Shown in pieces: positions 56,129 through 57,539 of a DNA stretch of 57,539 nucleotides (positions within the stretch are counted from its first letter, which is position 1; every line of letters starts with the position of its first letter). A program made the translations under genes and the position numbers. The stretch covers positions 1 through 57,539 of the forward strand of contig JBJDZD010000053.1 of the NCBI GenBank assembly GCA_051867815.1. The letters are read 5' to 3'. Origin of the DNA: Eubacteriales bacterium. Its GTDB lineage: Bacteria; Bacillota; Clostridia; Oscillospirales; CAG-272. The notes under the pieces are model-generated. The model was given only the letters and a program-made list of their open reading frames with translations, was not told where the DNA came from and made no database searches.

Positions 56129-56306
56129 GTTTCCTCCTTTTGCATATTTGTATGCGATTAAAATTCATCCTGATTACATATATATAGATGGAGTGCTCGG
56201 AAAATTCCGTCTCTCGGCGTAATTTTTCAGGGAAAAGATATAAATCCGCCTCAAGGTCAAGTTAACTTGTAAAAAAACTTAAGATTATTATGAAATTTTT
56301 ATTCAT

Positions 56307-56341
56307 AATAAAAAAGAGGTGCCATCCGAGGGACGGCACCT
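56307..56341 (-). terminator. rho-independent terminator of the esterase gene
   Basis: AGGTGCC...GGCACCT stem followed on the minus strand by CTTTTTTATT. Confidence 0.7.
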
Positions 56342-56351
56342 GAAAGGCGTT

Positions 56352-57299
56352 CTATTTGCTGTTGTTGATGATGTATTCCGCGAAGGTGCGGCCGAGGGCC
56401 AGCATGGAGAGGGAATCGTAGTGACCCCAATCGGGGTCGCCCTCCGGCTCCAGGTGAACCGTGTAGCCGGCATCAATGGTGGAAAAGTAGAAATTCAGCG
56501 GTGAGAGGAGGGAGAAGGCAAGCTTTGCCTCGTTTATCTCGGGATATGCCGGCTCGCAGTAGGGGCTGTTTGAAATGCCGGCGTCGATGAAGAGGATACC
56601 GTCCTCGCGCGCGTACGCGGCAAGGTCCTCGCGCAGATATGCGGCAAAGGCGGTCTGATTTTCAAGATATTTTGACGCTTTGAAATCGGTGGTGTCGGAT
56701 TCGCCCTGCATCCAACATATCGCTTGGATGCGCGCGTCGTAGCCGTGCGAGACGAGGGCGGACATTTGCGTTTCGATGAAGACGAGAGCGGCTTCGTAGA
56801 TCGAGCCGCGCGCGCCACCGCAGAGCCAGTGATGGTGCAGAGAATAGCCGGACATCGTGTATTTGAGGATGAAAACGGTCTCGTCGGGGTAGGCGAGGGC
56901 GAGCTTTTCCGCCATCCCCAGCTCCGGGCCGAAGCAGCCCTCTGCCGAAACGGTCAGGTCAACGGGAACAAACTCGCCATGCGAGGAGTATTTGTGATCG
57001 TCAAGGCAGAAATTAATGAGAACCGAGTCAAACCCCGAGCTGTAACGCGTGAAATCGTCGGCGGAAACGTTCTTTTGGAGATAGTCGTTCAGCGAACAGC
57101 CGGTGGCGTTGCTCTGACCGAGCAGGAGGATGACCCGTGCTCGCTTTCCGCCGCCGTCGGGAAGTGAGGTGGGGGAGGTGTAGTCGGTATTCATGTTGAG
57201 CCACGCAGTCGTGTCCACGTCCTCGCCGGAGCCGCCCGTCAGCGGCGCGCACGAGGGGAGCAGAGCGAGCGCAAGCAAGATGATCAGCAGTCTTTTCAT
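56352..57299 (-). CDS. SASA/DUF303-type carbohydrate (sialate-like) O-acetylesterase lipoprotein
   Basis: Lipobox LLPSC. GQSN block (LLLGQSNATG). Confidence 0.6.
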   Translation of the reverse strand: MKRLLIILLALALLPSCAPLTGGSGEDVDTTAWLNMNTDYTSPTSLPDGGGKRARVILLLGQSNATGCSLNDYLQKNVSADDFTRYSSGFDSVLINFCLDDHKYSSHGEFVPVDLTVSAEGCFGPELGMAEKLALAYPDETVFILKYTMSGYSLHHHWLCGGARGSIYEAALVFIETQMSALVSHGYDARIQAICWMQGESDTTDFKASKYLENQTAFAAYLREDLAAYAREDGILFIDAGISNSPYCEPAYPEINEAKLAFSLLSPLNFYFSTIDAGYTVHLEPEGDPDWGHYDSLSMLALGRTFAEYIINNSK

Positions 57300-57392
57300 A
57301 AAAACGGTAATTCCTTTTTCGGTGTTTTATTAATTATAGCACAATCGGGGAAATAATTCAAGAAAAAGCATCAGAAAAACGCAAAAACATAT

Positions 57393-57420
57393 TGACAAAC
57401 CGGCCGGAATGGTGTATAAT
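57393..57420 (+). promoter_or_regulatory. consensus sigma-A promoter upstream of the tRNA
   Basis: TTGACA (57393-57398), 17-nt spacer, TATAAT (57415-57420). Confidence 0.7.
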
Positions 57421-57464
57421 ATAATCCACGAGTTCTGCAAACGGCCGCTCGCGCGAGTATATAC

Positions 57465-57539
57465 GGAGATGTACTCAAGAGGCCGAAGAGGCGCCCCTGC
57501 TAAGGGTGTAGGTCGGGCAACCGGCGCGAGAGTTCAAAT
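57465..57539 (+). tRNA. tRNA-Ser (anticodon GCU), truncated at the window edge
   Basis: Acceptor GGAGATG. Anticodon stem CGCCC/GGGTG with loop CTGCTAA. Long variable arm. The T-arm GAGAG-TTCAAAT is cut by the end of the window. Confidence 0.85.

Noticed and set aside
1-57539. Mobile elements, prophage, CRISPR arrays, rRNA
   Set aside because: I recognised no transposase, integrase, recombinase, phage structural genes, direct-repeat/spacer arrays or rRNA-like sequence on either strand. The accessory modules show no flanking direct repeats that I could detect by eye.

Overview
This is a 57.5 kb chromosomal segment from a GC-rich Firmicute. Gene content, GGAGG ribosome-binding sites, sigma-A type TTGACA-17-TATAAT promoters and AT-rich intergenic DNA suggest Clostridia, possibly Oscillospiraceae/Ruminococcaceae-like; the taxon is inference only. 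I support about 49 protein genes, most on the minus strand, and one 3'-truncated tRNA-Ser(GCU) at the right edge. I saw no rRNA, CRISPR array, transposase, integrase or obvious prophage. Many long ORFs in the track are antisense artefacts of the GC-rich coding strand and are rejected.

Housekeeping content:
- Small enzymes: GNAT acetyltransferase, P-loop kinase and a Y_phosphatase3-type phosphatase.
- A tightly coupled PAP2 / two membrane proteins / M20 peptidase operon.
- An SCP2-like protein, a class-III aminotransferase, and two DAG-kinase-family lipid kinase paralogues.
- A PadR-DUF1700-DUF4097 operon.
- The ddh-dapB-dapA lysine operon and citrate synthase.
- A DtxR-like regulator coupled to a 756-aa acidic membrane protein.
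- A uridine-kinase-family protein, an IMPase, a YitT protein, a PlsC-type acyltransferase, AspRS-type tRNA ligase and a flavodiiron-rubredoxin fusion.
- Two lipoproteins (an MBL-fold hydrolase and an SGNH hydrolase) and an acyl-CoA synthetase.

Two accessory regions stand out:
1. 11.47-15.34 kb holds an isolated two-gene McrBC-like module. The McrB-type AAA+ NTPase carries an N-terminal domain of about 8 transmembrane helices instead of a DNA reader. The DUF2357/McrC-like partner shows no recognisable PD-(D/E)xK motif and ends in a double zinc ribbon. This is my best candidate for an undescribed defence-type system.
2. 37.7-56.1 kb is a cell-surface locus with two transcription units.
   - One unit encodes a giant secreted vWA protein, an 83-aa Cys-containing peptide ending in Ser, a membrane protein, an HPr-kinase-like P-loop protein, a radical SAM/SPASM enzyme and a PqqD-like protein. 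This looks like a RiPP cluster.
   - The other unit has CpsB, an Ig-repeat protein, two tandem fused BY-kinases, an S24/S26 peptidase, an NTP_transf_5 nucleotidyltransferase, LCP and CapD. It has no glycosyltransferase, flippase or polymerase.

I also found an ORF below the track's length cutoff: a 47-aa Cys/Gly/Asn-rich membrane peptide with an RBS and a terminator.
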